From Pecten maximus (taxonomy: Eukaryota), in the NCBI RefSeq assembly GCF_902652985.1, contig NC_047015.1, positions 33,542,001-33,606,000 of the forward strand: DNA of 64,000 nucleotides, in the 5' to 3' direction. Positions 49,643 through 61,997 of the stretch are shown here, piece by piece; the stretch's first letter is position 1, and every line of letters starts with the position of its first letter. The translations under genes and the position numbers were made by a program. The notes below the pieces were generated by a model. That model was given only the letters and a program-made list of their open reading frames with translations, was not told the origin of the DNA and did not search any database.

Positions 49643-50670
49643 ATACAGTCTGGTGTCGTTACTACAGTCTGGTGTCGTAACTACAGTCTGGTGTCGTAAC
49701 TACAGTCTGGTGTCGTTACTACAGTCTGGTGTCGTTACTACAGTCTGGTGTCGTCACTACAGTCTGGTGTCGTTACTACAGTCTGGTGTCGTAACTACAG
49801 TCCGGTGTCATCACGACAGTCTGATGTCGTCACTACAGTCTGATGTCGTCACTACAGTCTGGTGTCGTTGCTACAGTCTGGTGTCGTAACTACAGTCTGG
49901 TGTCGTTACTACAGTCTGGTGTCGTCACTACAGTCTGGTGTCGTCATTACAGTCTGGTGTCGTCACTACAGTCCGGTGTCGTCACTACATTCTGGTGTCG
50001 TAACTACAGTCCGTTGTCGTCACTACATTCTGGTGTCGTCACTACAGTCCGTTGTCGTTACTATAGTCCGTTGTCGTCACTACAGTCTCGTGTCGTCACT
50101 ACAGTCTGGTGTCTTTACTACAGTCTGGTGTCGTCACTACAGTCTGGTGTCGTCACTACAGTCTGGTGTCGTCACTACAGTCTGGTGTCGTTACTACAGT
50201 CCGGTGTCGTCACTACATTCTGGTGTCGTCACTTCAGTCTGTTGTCGTCACTACAGTCTGGTGTCGTTGCTACAGTCTGGTGTCGTAACTACAGTCTGGT
50301 GTCGTTACTACAGTCTGGTGTCGTCACTACAGTCTGGTGTCGTTACTACAGTCCGGTGTCGTTACTACAGTGTGATGTCGTCACTACAGTCCGGTGTCGT
50401 TACTACAGTCTGGTGTCGTCACTACAGTCTGGTGTCGTCACTACAGTCCGGTGTCGTTAATACAGTCTGGTGTCGTTACTTCAATCTAGTGTCGTAACTA
50501 CAGTCTGGTGTCGTTACTTCAATCTAGTGTCGTAACTACAGTCTGGTGTCGTCACGACAGTCTGGTATCGTCATTACAATCTGGTGTCGTCTCCGCAGTC
50601 ACGTGTCGTCACTACAGTCCAGTGTCGTTACTACAGTCTGGTGTCGTCACGACAGTTTGTTGTCGTTAAT
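49643..50670. repeat. 19-bp minisatellite (CTACAGTCTGGTGTCGTCA), ~54 copies
   Basis: Tandem periodicity. Confidence 0.95.
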
Positions 50671-50689
50671 ACAGCCGTGATCATGTGTA

Positions 50690-51200
50690 ATACAGTGTGT
50701 AATTTGTGTCTTGTCTGTGACCTTGTTTGATACAGTAAGTAAAGTGTATCTTGTCTGTGACCTTGTTTGATACAGTGAGTAAAGTGTATCTTGTCTGTAA
50801 CCTTGTGTGATAGAGTGAGTAAAGTGTATCTTGTCTGTGACCTTGTGTGATACAGTGAGTAAAGTGTGTCTTGTCTGTGATCTTGTGTAATACAGTGAGT
50901 AAAGTGTGTCTTGTCTGTGACCTTGTGTAATACAGTGAGTAAAGTGTGTCTTGTCTGTGACCTTGTGTGATACAGTGAGTAAAGTGTGTCTTATCTGTGA
51001 TCTTGTGTAATACAGTGAAAATGTTTGTCTTATCCGTGACATTGTGTGATCCAGTGAGTAAAGTATGTCTTGTCCGTGACCTTGTGTAAAACAGTGAGTA
51101 AAAGTGTGTCGTGTCTGTGATATTGTGTGATAGAGTGAGTGAAGTGTGTCTTGTCCTTGACGATGTGTAATACAGTGAATAAAGTGTGTTTTGTCCGTAA
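50690..51200. repeat. 40-bp minisatellite (TACAGTGAGTAAAGTGTGTCTTGTCTGTGACCTTGTGTGA), ~13 copies
   Basis: Units start at 50731, 50771, 50811 and so on. Confidence 0.9.
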
Positions 51201-51278
51201 AATAGTTTCGTTTACTTGCAATTGTGTTTACAATTTGTTGATACCGATGTCTTTTCCGTGACATAGTCTCACGTTATA

Positions 51279-54200
51279 AATCTGGTGTCTTGTCTATAGT
51301 GAATCTGGTGTCTTGTCTGTAGTGAATCTGGTGTCTTGTCTATAGTGAGTCTGGTGTCTTGTCTGTAGTGAATCTGGTGTCTTGTCTGTAGTGAGTCTGG
51401 TGTCTTGTCTGTAGTGAGTCTGGTGTCTTGTCTACAATGAGTCTGGTGTCTTGTCTGTAGTGAATCTGGTGTCTTGTCTGTAGTGAATCTGGTGTCTTGT
51501 CTACAATGAGTCTGGTGTCTTGTCTGTAGTGAATCTGGTGTCTTGTTTGTAGTGAATCTGGTGTCTTGTCTGTAGTGAATCTGGTGTCTTGTCTGCAGTG
51601 AATCTGGTGTCTTGTCTGTAGTGAATCTGGTGTTTTGTCTGTAGTGAATCTGGTGTCTTGTCTGTAGTGAATCTGGTGTCTTGTCTGTAGTGAGTCTGGT
51701 GTCTTGTCTATAGTGAATCTGGTGTCTTGTCTGCAGTGAATCTGGTGTCTTGTCTGTAGTGAGTCTGGTGTCTTGTCTGCAGTGAATCTGGTGTCTTGTC
51801 TGCAGTGAATCTGGTGTCTTGTCTGTAGTGAATCTGGTGTCTTGTCTGCAGTGAGTCTGGTGTCTTGTCTATAGTGAATCTGGTGTCTTGTCTGCAGTGA
51901 ATCTGGTGTCTTATCTGTAGTGAGTCTGGTGTCTTGTCTGTAGTGAATCTGGTGTCTTGTCTGCAGTGAGTCTGGTGTCTTGTCTATAGTGAATCTGGTG
52001 TCTTGTCTATAGTGAATCTGGTGTCTTGTCTGTAGTGAATCTGGTGTCTTGTCTGCAGTGAGTCTGGTGTCTTGTCTATAGTGAATCTGGTGTCTTGTCT
52101 GTAGTGAATCTGGTGTCTTGTCTGCAGTGAGTCTGGTGTCTTGTCTGTAGTGAATCTGGTGTCTTGTCTGTAGTGAATCTGATGTCTTGTCTATAGTGAA
52201 TCTGGTGTCTTGTCTGTAGTGAATCTGGTGTCTTGTCTGCAGTGAGTCTGGTGTCTTGTCTGTAGTGAATCTGGTGTCTTGTCTGTAGTGAATCTGGTGT
52301 CTTGTCTGCAGTGAATCTGGTGTCTTGTCTGTAGTGAATCTGGTGTCTTGTCTGCATTGAGTCTGGTGTCTTGTCTATAGTGAATCTGGTGTCTTGTCTG
52401 CAGTGAATCTGGTGTCTTATCTGTAGTGAGTCTGGTGTCTTGTCTGTAGTGAATCTGGTGTCTTGTCTGCAGTGAGTCTGGTGTCTTGTCTACAATGACC
52501 CTGGTGTATTGTCTGCAGTTAATCTGGTGTCTTGTCTACAATGAGTCTGGTGTCTTGTCTACAATGACCCTGGTGTATTGTCTGCAGTTAATCTGGTGTC
52601 TTTTCTGCAGTGAGTCTGGTATCTTGTCTATAGTGAATCTGGTGTCTTGTCTGCAGTGAGTCTGGTGTCTTGTCTGCAGTGAATCTGGTGTCTTGTCTGC
52701 AGTGAATCTGGTGTCTTGTCTGCAGTGAGTCTGGTGTCTTGTCTACAATGACCCTGGTGTATTGTCTGCAGTTAATCTGGTGTCTTGTCTACAATGAGTC
52801 TGGTGTCTTGTCTGCAGTGATTCTCGTGTCTTGTCTTCAGTGAATCTCGTGTCTTGTCTGCAGTGGATCTCGTGTCTTGTCTTCAGTGAATCTGGTGTCT
52901 TGTTTGCAATGTGTCTGGCGTGTTGTCTGTAGTAAATCTGGTTTCTTGTTTACATCGAGTCCGTTGTCTTGTCTGCAGTGAATCTGGTGTCTTGTCTGCA
53001 GTGAATATCGTGCCTTGTCTGCAGTGAATCTGGTGTCTTGTCTGTAGTGAAACTGGTGTTTTGTCTGTAGTGAATCTGGTGTCTTGTCTGTAGTGAATCT
53101 GGTGTGTTGTCTGTAGTGAGTCTGGTGTCTTGTCTATAGTGAATCTGGTGTCTTGTCTGCAGTGAATCTGGTGTCTTGTCTGTAGTGAGTCTGGTGTCTT
53201 GTCTGCAGTGAATCTGGTGTCTTGTCTGCAGTGAATCTGGTGTCTTGTCTGTAGTGAATCTGGTGTCTTGTCTGCAGTGAGTCTGGTGTCTTGTCTATAG
53301 TGAATCTGGTGTCTTGTCTGCAGTGAATCTGGTGTCTTATCTGTAGTGAATCTGGTGTCTTATCTGTAGTGAATCTGGTGTCTTGTCTGCAGTGAGTCTG
53401 GTGTCTTGTCTGTAGTGAATCTGGTGTCTTGTCTGTAGTGAATCTAGTGTCTTGTCTGTAGTGAATCTGGTGTCTTGTCTGCAGTGAGTCTGGTGTCTTG
53501 TCTGTAGTGAATCTGGTGTCTTGTCTGCAGTGAGTCTGGTGTCTTGTCTATAGTGAATCTGATGTCTTGTCTGTAGTGAATCTGGTGTCTTGTCTGTAGT
53601 GAATCTGGTGTCTTGTCTGCAGTGAGTCTGGTGTCTTGTCTATAGTGAATCTGGTGTCTTGTCTGTAGTGAATCTGGTGTCTTGTCTGCAGTGAGTCTGG
53701 TGTCTTGTCTGTAGTGAATCTGGTGTCTTGTCTGTAGTGAGTCTGGTGTCTTGTCTATAGTGAATCTGGTGTCTTGTCTGTAGTGAATCTGGTGTCTTTT
53801 CTGCAGTGAGTCTGGTGTCTTGTCTGTAGTGAATCTGGTGTCTTGTCTGCAGTGAGACTGGTGTCTTGTCTGCAGTGAGTCTGGTGTCTTGTCTACAACG
53901 AGTCTGGTGTCTTGTCTGCAGTGAGTCTGGTGTCTTGTCTGCAGTGAATCTGGTGTCTTGTCTGCAGTGAGTCTGGTGTCTTGTCTACAATGACCCTGGT
54001 GTATTGTCTGCAGTTAATCTGGTGTCTTGTCTACAATGAGTCTGGTGTCTTGTCTGCAGTGATTCTCGTGTCTTGTCTTCAGTGAATCTCGTGTCTTGTC
54101 TGCAGTGGATCTCGTGTCTTGTCTATAGTGAATCTGGTGTCTTGTCTGCAGTGAATCTGGTGTCTTATCTGTAGTGAATCTGGTGTCTTGTCTGCAGTGA

Positions 54201-56922
54201 GTCTGGTGTCTTGTCTGTAGTGAATCTGGTGTCTTGTCTGCAGTGAATCTGGTGTCTTGTCTGTAGTGAATCTGGTGTCTTGTCTGCAGTGAGTCTGGTG
54301 TCTTGTCTGTAGTGAATCTGGTGTCTTGTCTGTAGTGAATCTGGTGTCTTGTCTATAGTGAATCTGGTGTCTTGTCTGTAGTGAATCTGGTGTCTTGTCT
54401 GCAGTGAGTCTGGTGTCTTGTCTACAACGAGTCTGGTGTCTTGTCTGCAGTGAGTCTGGTGTCTTGTCTACAATGACCCTGGTGTATTGTCTGCAGTTAA
54501 TCTGGTGTCTTGTCTACAATGAGTCTGGTGTCTTGTCTACAATGACCCTGGTGTATTGTCTGCAGTTAATCTGGTGTCTTTTCTGCAGTGAGTCTGGTAT
54601 CTTGTCTATAGTGAATCTGGTGTCTTGTCTGCAGTGAGTCTGGTGTCTTGTCTGCAGTGAATCTGGTGTCTTGTCTGCAGTGAGTCTGGTGTCTTGTCTA
54701 CAATGACCCTGGTGTATTGTCTGCAGTTAATCTGGTGTCTTGTCTACAATGAGTCTGGTGTCTTGTCTGCAGTGATTCTCGTGTCTTGTCTTCAGTGAAT
54801 GTCGTGTCTTGTCTGCAGTGAATCTCGTGTCTTGTCTTCAGTGAATCTGGTGTCTTGTTTGCAATGTGTCTGGCGTGTTGTCTGTAGTAAATCTGGTTTC
54901 TTGTTTACATCGAGTCCGTTGTCTTGTCTGCAGTGAATCTGGTGTCTTGTCTGCAGTGAATATCGTGCCTTGTCTGCAGTGAATCTGGTGTCTTGTCTGT
55001 AGTGAATCTGGTGTTTTGTCTGTAGTGAATCTGGTGTCTTGTCTGTAGTGAATCTGGTGTGTTGTCTGTAGTGAGTCTGGTGTCTTGTCTATAGTGAATC
55101 TGGTGTCTTGTCTGCAGTGAATCTGGTGTCTTGTCTGTAGTGAGTCTGGTGTCTTGTCTGCAGTGAATCTGGTGTCTTGTCTGCAGTGAATCTGGTGTCT
55201 TGTCTGTAGTGAATCTGGTGTCTTGTCTGCAGTGAGTCTGGTGTCTTGTCTATAGTGAATCTGGTGTCTTGTCTGCAGTGAATCTGGTGTCTTATCTGTA
55301 GTGAATCTGGTGTCTTATCTGTAGTGAATCTGGTGTCTTGTCTGCAGTGAGTCTGGTGTCTTGTCTGTAGTGAATCTGGTGTCTTGTCTGTAGTGAATCT
55401 AGTGTCTTGTCTGTAGTGAATCTGGTGTCTTGTCTGCAGTGAGTCTGGTGTCTTGTCTGTAGTGAATCTGGTGTCTTGTCTGCAGTGAATCTGGTGTCTT
55501 GTCTATAGTGAATCTGGTGTCTTGTCTGTAGTGAATCTGGTGTCTTGTCTGTAGTGAATCTGGTGTCTTGTCTGCAGTGAGTCTGGTGTCTTGTCTATAG
55601 TGAATCTGGTGTCTTGTCTGTAGTGAATCTGGTGTCTTGTCTGCAGTGAGTCTGGTGTCTTGTCTGTAGTGAATCTGGTGTCTTGTCTGTAGTGAGTCTG
55701 GTGTCTTGTCTATAGTGAATCTGGTGTCTTGTCTGTAGTGAATCTGGTGTCTTTTCTGCAGTGAGTCTGGTGTCTTGTCTGCAGTGAGTCTGGTGTCTTG
55801 TCTACAACGAGTCTGGTGTCTTGTCTGCAGTGAGTCTGGTGTCTTGTCTGCAGTGAATCTGGTGTCTTGTCTGCAGTGAGTCTGGTGTCTTGTCTACAAT
55901 GACCCTGGTGTATTGTCTGCAGTTAATCTGGTGTCTTGTCTACAATGAGTCTGGTGTCTTGTCTGCAGTGATTCTCGTGTCTTGTCTTCAGTGAATCTCG
56001 TGTCTTGTCTGCAGTGGATCTCGTGTCTTGTCTTCAGTGAATCTGGTGTCTTGTTTGCAATGTGTCTGGCGTGTTGTCTGTAGTAAATCTGGTTTCTTGT
56101 TTACATCGAGTCCGTTGTCTTGTCTGCAGTGGATCTCGTGTCTTGTCTGCAGTGAGTCTGGTGTCTTGTCTGCAGTTAATCTGGTGTGTTGTCTGTAGTG
56201 AGTCTGGTGTCTTGTCTGCAGTGAATCTGGTGTCTTGTCTACAATGAGTCTGGTGTCTTGTCTGCAGTGAATCTGGTGTCTTGTCAAAAGGACTCTGGTG
56301 TCTTGTCAAAATTATTCTGGTGTCTTGTCTTCAGTGAGTCTCGTGTCTTGTCGTCGGTGAATCTGCTGTCTTTTCTGCAGTGAATCTGGTGTCTTGTCTG
56401 TAGTGAATCTGGTGTCTTGTCTGCAGTGAGTCTGGTGTCTTGTCTTCAATGAGTCTGGTGTCTTGTCTACAATGAATCTGGTGTCTTGTCTACAATGAAT
56501 CTGGTGTCTTTTCTGTAGTGAATCTGGTGTCTTGTCTGTAGTGAAATTGGTGTCTTGTCTGCAGTGAGTCTGGTGTCTTGTCTACAATGAATCTGGTGTC
56601 TTGTTTTCAGTGAATCTGGTATATTGTCTGTAGTGAGTCTGGTATCTTTTCTGCAGTGAATCTCGTGTCTTGTCTTCAATGAGTCTGGTGTCTTGTCTAC
56701 AATGAATCTGGTATCTTGTCTACAGTGAGTCTGGTGTCTTGTCTACAATGAGTCTGGTGTCTTGTCTACAATGAATCTGGTGTCTTGTCTACAATGAGTC
56801 TGGTGTCTTGTCTGCGGTGAATCTGGTATCTTGGTTGGAGTGAATCTGGTGTCTTGTCTACAATGAGTCTGGTGTCTTGTCGACAATGACTCCAGTGTCT
56901 TGTCTATAATGAGTTTGGTGTC
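51279..56922. repeat. 23-bp minisatellite (GTGAATCTGGTGTCTTGTCTGCA), ~245 copies, with higher-order structure
   Basis: Tandem periodicity; a diagnostic variant block recurs at 52901, 54856 and 56052. Confidence 0.97.
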
Positions 56923-58387
56923 AAATATTAGTATATGTAAGAACGTATCTGAGTAGTTTCTGAATGTGTTAGTGTCATCTCTGTAATGGTATATGATGAT
57001 AGAGTGCAACATTCAACTCTGATATCCACATCACATAATGTGTCGACAGGCCCGAGAACTCATTCTTGGAACCTTACTTCTAGAAGGAGATCTTATTTGC
57101 AATAATGTGATTGTATTGCTAGGGATTCTGTGATAGAATTCCTGGCTCGAGGCATCTAATGAGAATCGGGAACAGCAATCGTTAAATTAATAAAACATGC
57201 GTGGAACGCATTATGAAAACAATTTAACTATGGTCGTACAACACTCTGCTGTTGACTCGCCTTCATCTGTTTCATTCACAGTTTCGTATTCCGCCTCATA
57301 TTTATCGAATTACACGTTTATATAATGTTGTGGTGGTTGTGTAGAGGAGTTGTATTAGAGTACAGACTATGAACCCAGAAAATCGATGTTTTATGCATAC
57401 ATGTTATATTTACAATGCCTGTATGATAGACAGTGTTATTGCTATGAGGGGCGACTTGTCCCGCTGTTAGGCCTCCTATAAAACACCAGGATCGTGTCTG
57501 TACACTACGAGGGAGGCTCTTCTGTATGCTATGTATTTATTAGATTTTGCATTGTTATTCCTGATGTGGTTTTTTTCCTTATTGTAATGTAATTCTGATA
57601 CAACAATAAATAACAATCTGACAATATCAGACGCAACCGTCGAGTGCCTTAATTGATCACACGGATATTCTCTAGCAGTCATGATATTTGTAATTTGAAG
57701 CTTTACAGAAACATGTTATAAAATGAACACACAACACAATTTAGAGCCAGTCATAAACCTTATATTACAGGAAGTATCGTGACAAGGGAAGTAACTCTAA
57801 ATATAATAAAAAGTAACTCACGATTGAACAAATGATAGTTTCGAGGACTATACAACAGCATGGTGTGTTAATATTTTTAATAGTTTCGAGGACTATACGA
57901 CAGCTTGGTGTGTTAATATATTTGACTGTGTTTCCCCCGTACTCATTATCGTTATAATAAGATGGGACAGATCGCCATAGACCTTAATCTGGAAACTTTG
58001 TCATTTGAGAAATGTTTCTGAGAACAAATGTGACAGAATTACCGAATATTCCCACTGTACATTATCTTCAACTACAAGAAAACATTTCTGAAACATTTGC
58101 AGAATTGGATTCCTTGAGTAATGTGCAATATGCCGCGCAATTACGACTAGCGATCGATCTTCTTTACCCAAACGTCGCGTTCCCTTGTGGATGCCTGAAA
58201 GAGCTTGCACTGACGAATGTGATTGATTTTTAAATGATTATGGTAAAAAAAAAAACTCGTGTTATCAAAACAGGAATCGGTGAAATCGGGGGTTTTCTCC
58301 GTCACAGTGGTGGAATTACTTCACTTACATATATAGCATTGTAATAAATGTGATTGATTGACGCCCTCACAACAGCCAGGGTGATAT

Positions 58388-58735
58388 GGGGAAGATTCTT
58401 GCCGAGTGTTTGGCAGCTTAATTATCTTACCCCGAGGGTTGAGATTCCCCTGTCTCACTTCCATGGGGGTGAATGATTATTTTTCTCTTAACCTGTTTAC
58501 CCTCATGTATCTAATATTGACGTTATACAACAATGCAAGTAAATGTTAACGTGACGTGTTGAATTTGTCGACGTGACGTCATTGTACTGTTACCGTGAAG
58601 TCATGATATTGTTGACGTGACGAAATGCAATTGTTGAAAACGTGCAAAGAGCACATGTACCTTATCTTTTCCCTAGGGTGAAATAAGAAAATCTCTCCCC
58701 GGTAAAACTGCGGATATCCCTGTCCAGACTAAGAG
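58388..58735 (+). mobile_element. Truncated copy of the hairpin element, directly upstream of a full copy
   Basis: Homologous to 58785-59150; 22-bp deletion between CTT microhomologies in the hairpin arm. Confidence 0.8.
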
Positions 58736-58737
58736 AA

Positions 58738-59530
58738 TAATAGAATCTTTCAATCCCTTGGGGGTGAGACAGGAGAATCTCAACCCGAGGGGAAGATTCT
58801 TAAGTTGCCAAACACGAGGCTTGCCGAGTGTTTGGCAGCTTAATTATTTTACCCCGAGGGTTGAGATTCCCCTGTCTCACTTCCATTGGGGTGAATGATT
58901 ATTTTCTCTTATCGTGTTTACCCTCTTATGTATCTAATATTGACGTTACATCAATGCAAAGAAATGTTGACGTGACGTGATTGAATTGTCGACATGACGT
59001 CATTGTACTGTTGCCGTGACGTCATGGTAGTGTTGACGTGATGTAATACATACAATTGTTGAGAACGTGCGAAGAGCACATGTAGCTTGTCTTTTCCCTA
59101 GGGTGAGATAAGAAAATCTCACCCCGGTAAAACTGATGATATCCCTGTCCAGGGTGAGAGAAAAATCGATCTTACACAGGGTGGGTAAAGACAGCCGTCA
59201 CGCGCTATATGACGCTGCTCACAATAGCGTAACGTCATCATTTTACGTTGAGTAACCAAGTCGTAAATGATGACGTCATCAATACTTATGCACATTCCAA
59301 GGAGTATTGAAGACGGCGCGATGACACACTTTCATAAAAACTTACGTTTGGTTGCAAGTATGTGAGAAAAATAATCAATCATGGATCTGTTCCGTGAACA
59401 AGGATATCTCAACTCTCGTTTAAGAGTTTGACTGGCCAGCACTCGGCAAGCCTCGTGCTCACTGGCCAAACTCTTACACTCGGGTTGAGATATCCCTGTC
59501 CACGGAACAGACCCATGATAGATTCTATTA
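58738..59530. mobile_element. Non-autonomous element with 11-bp TIRs and two subterminal long hairpins
   Basis: TAATAGAATCT at 58738-58748 and AGATTCTATTA at 59520-59530; palindromes centred on CACGAGGCTTGCCGAGTG (+ strand 58813-58830; - strand 59440-59457). Confidence 0.8.
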
Positions 59531-59532
59531 AT

Positions 59533-59710
59533 CTTGAATGTCGCGATATCGACAGGAAAGATAGTTAGATCCTGAATGTCTTGATTTGGACAAGAAAAAT
59601 TGTTATATCCCGAATGTTGCGATTTGGACAGGAAAGACATTGAGATCCCGAATGTCGCGATGTGGACAGGAATGATATATAAATCCCGAATGTCGCGATG
59701 TGGACAGCAG
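59533..59710. repeat. Degenerate ~38-bp tandem repeat, ~5 copies (ATCCCGAATGTCGCGATGTGGACAGGAA...)
   Basis: Recurring GAATGTCGCGAT..GGACAGGAA. Confidence 0.75.
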
Positions 59711-59773
59711 ATTAACTTTAGTCTCCAGTGTCATTTTAGACTATCCCCGACTCTGTGGAGTGAATCCACTTAC

Positions 59774-60203
59774 AGTTGTCTACTACGATCGACATCTTTG
59801 ATATGGGGCCGTTTTCTTGCATTCGCAGTGTCCAAACACGAGGAGGCGACGACGGCATTGGAGAGACCTTCCCTGATCTCCAGGGAGCGGGGATAGGGTT
59901 GGTTCTCCAGGGAGTGGGGATGGGGTTGGTTCTCCAGGGAGTGGGGATGGGGTTGGTTCTCCAGGGAGTGGGGATGGGGTTGGTTCTCCAGGGAGTGGGG
60001 ATGGGGTTGGTTCTCCAGGGAGTGGGGATGGAGTTGGTTCTCCATTGAGTGGGGATGGGGTTGGTTCTCAAGGGAGCGGGGATGGGGTTGGTTCTCCAGG
60101 GAGCGGGGATGGGGTTGGTTCTCCAGGGCACTGGGTTGGGGTTGGTTCTCCAGGGAGCGGGGATGGGATTGGTTCTCAATAACATATTTATTGTACATGC
60201 ATA
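59774..60203 (-). other. Candidate exon containing a 27-bp VNTR
   Basis: Acceptor TTCCATTATTCTCTGTAG| at 60204/60203 and donor CT|GTAAGT at 59774/59773; two frames stay open across the repeat. Confidence 0.35.
59876..60178. repeat. 27-bp G-rich minisatellite (GGGTTGGTTCTCCAGGGAGTGGGGATG), ~11 copies
   Basis: Tandem periodicity; three G-runs per unit give G-quadruplex potential. Confidence 0.95.
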
Positions 60204-60644
60204 CTACAGAGAATAATGGAAATCGAATCTTAAAAAGTGGATTGATTGCATAAATTAAAACTCTCAAGGTAAACTTAACATATTTGACAAACAATTACAG
60301 TTTTAAGACCAATCATGTTGTGACTACTCTTTATGTTGTATCTTTGGGAAACTAGACTACATCATCTCTTTCCTGCGTATTTTTCTTCGTCTTTACAAGA
60401 GATATATTTTTACAAATTAAGAAACACCGTTACACGTCTCCGTTTTAACCAACAGCTGTAATTGATTACATGCAGTAGACAGACTTTACAAGTTCCACTA
60501 CGGTTTTAGATTGGCGTCTGTCAGCATTGGTTAAACACTAGTTTCGTTGTGCTTTGTCCTTAAACCTTTAAAGCTCACAAGTAATACTTCATTTTCCACC
60601 TATCCCCGCCTACATATATGTACGATCGCGATGCATTTTGATGT

Positions 60645-61100
60645 ATGTACTGTATAAAGCGCCTTGTACATGAACTGTCTAAGTGCGCCTTGTACTGTAT
60701 TAGTGCGTCTTGTACTGTATCAGTGCGCATTGTACTGTATCAGTGCGCCTTGTACTGTATTAGTGCGCCTTGTACTGTATAAGTGCGCCTTGAACTGTAT
60801 CAGTGCGCCTTGTACTGTATAAGTGCGCCTTGTACTGTATTAGTGCGTCTTGTACTGTATAAGTGCGCCTTGTACTGTATTAGTGCGCCTTGTACTGTAT
60901 AAGTGCGCCTTGTACTGTATAAGTGCGCCTTGTACTGTATCAATGCGCCTTGTACTGTATCAGTGCGCCTTGTACTGTATCAGTGCGCATTGTACTGTAT
61001 CAGTGCGCCTTGTACTGTATAAGTGCGCATTGTACTGTATCAGTGCGCCTTGTACTGTATAAGTGCGCCTTGAACTGTATCAGTGCGCCTTGTAATGTAT
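60645..61100. repeat. 20-bp minisatellite (GTGCGCCTTGTACTGTATCA), ~22 copies
   Basis: Tandem periodicity. Confidence 0.95.
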
Positions 61101-61250
61101 TAATGTTCCTATTTCTTATGACTTGCTGCTGGGACTGACTGATACCTTTATAACAAGGCTGTTCGCCTATTCCAGTAGACACCATCTTTCTTGTGTATCA
61201 ATTTAAAACTTCACATAAAGCAGGACAATGTTTCGTATTATTCACGGATT

Positions 61251-61997
61251 CAACAGATTGGCCAGTACCTACCAAAGTCTGAAACTATACTAAACAAGTA
61301 CAACAGATTGGCCAGTACCTACCAAAGTCTGAAACAATACTAAACAAGTACAATAGATTGGCAAGTACCTATCGAAGTGTGAAACAATACTAAACAAGTA
61401 CAATAGATTGGCCAGTACCTACCGAAGTCTGAAACAATACTAAACAAGTACAATAGATTGGCAAGTACCTATCGAAGTGTGAAACAATACTAAACAAGTA
61501 CAACAGATTGGCCAGTACCTACCAAAGTCTGAAACAATACTAAACAAGTACAACAGATTGACCAGTACCTACCGAAGTCTGAAACAATACTAAACAAGTA
61601 CAATAGATTGGCAAGTACCTATCGAAGTGTGAAACAATACTAAACAAGTACAACAGATTGGCCAGTACCTACCGAAGTCTGAAACAATACTAAACAAGTA
61701 CAATAGATTGACCAGTACCTACCGAAGTCTGTAACAATACTAAACAAGTACAATAGATTGGCAAGTACCTATCGAAGTCTGTAACAATACTAAACATGTA
61801 CAACAGATTGGCCAGTACCTACCGAAGTCTGAAACAATACTAAACAAGTACAATAGATTGGTCAGTACCTACCGAAGTCTGAAACAATACAACAAGTACA
61901 ACAGATTGGCCAGTACCTACCGAAGTCTGAAACAATACAACAAGTACAATAGATTGGTCAGTACCTACCGAAGTCTGAAACAATACTCAACAAGTAC
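61251..61997. repeat. 50-bp minisatellite (CAACAGATTGGCCAGTACCTACCAAAGTCTGAAACAATACTAAACAAGTA), ~15 copies
   Basis: Tandem periodicity. Confidence 0.95.

Noticed and set aside
48372-57012. ORFs of 60-211 aa within the 36, 19, 40 and 23-bp arrays
   Set aside because: Repeat-derived, with no unique coding flanks or splice context.
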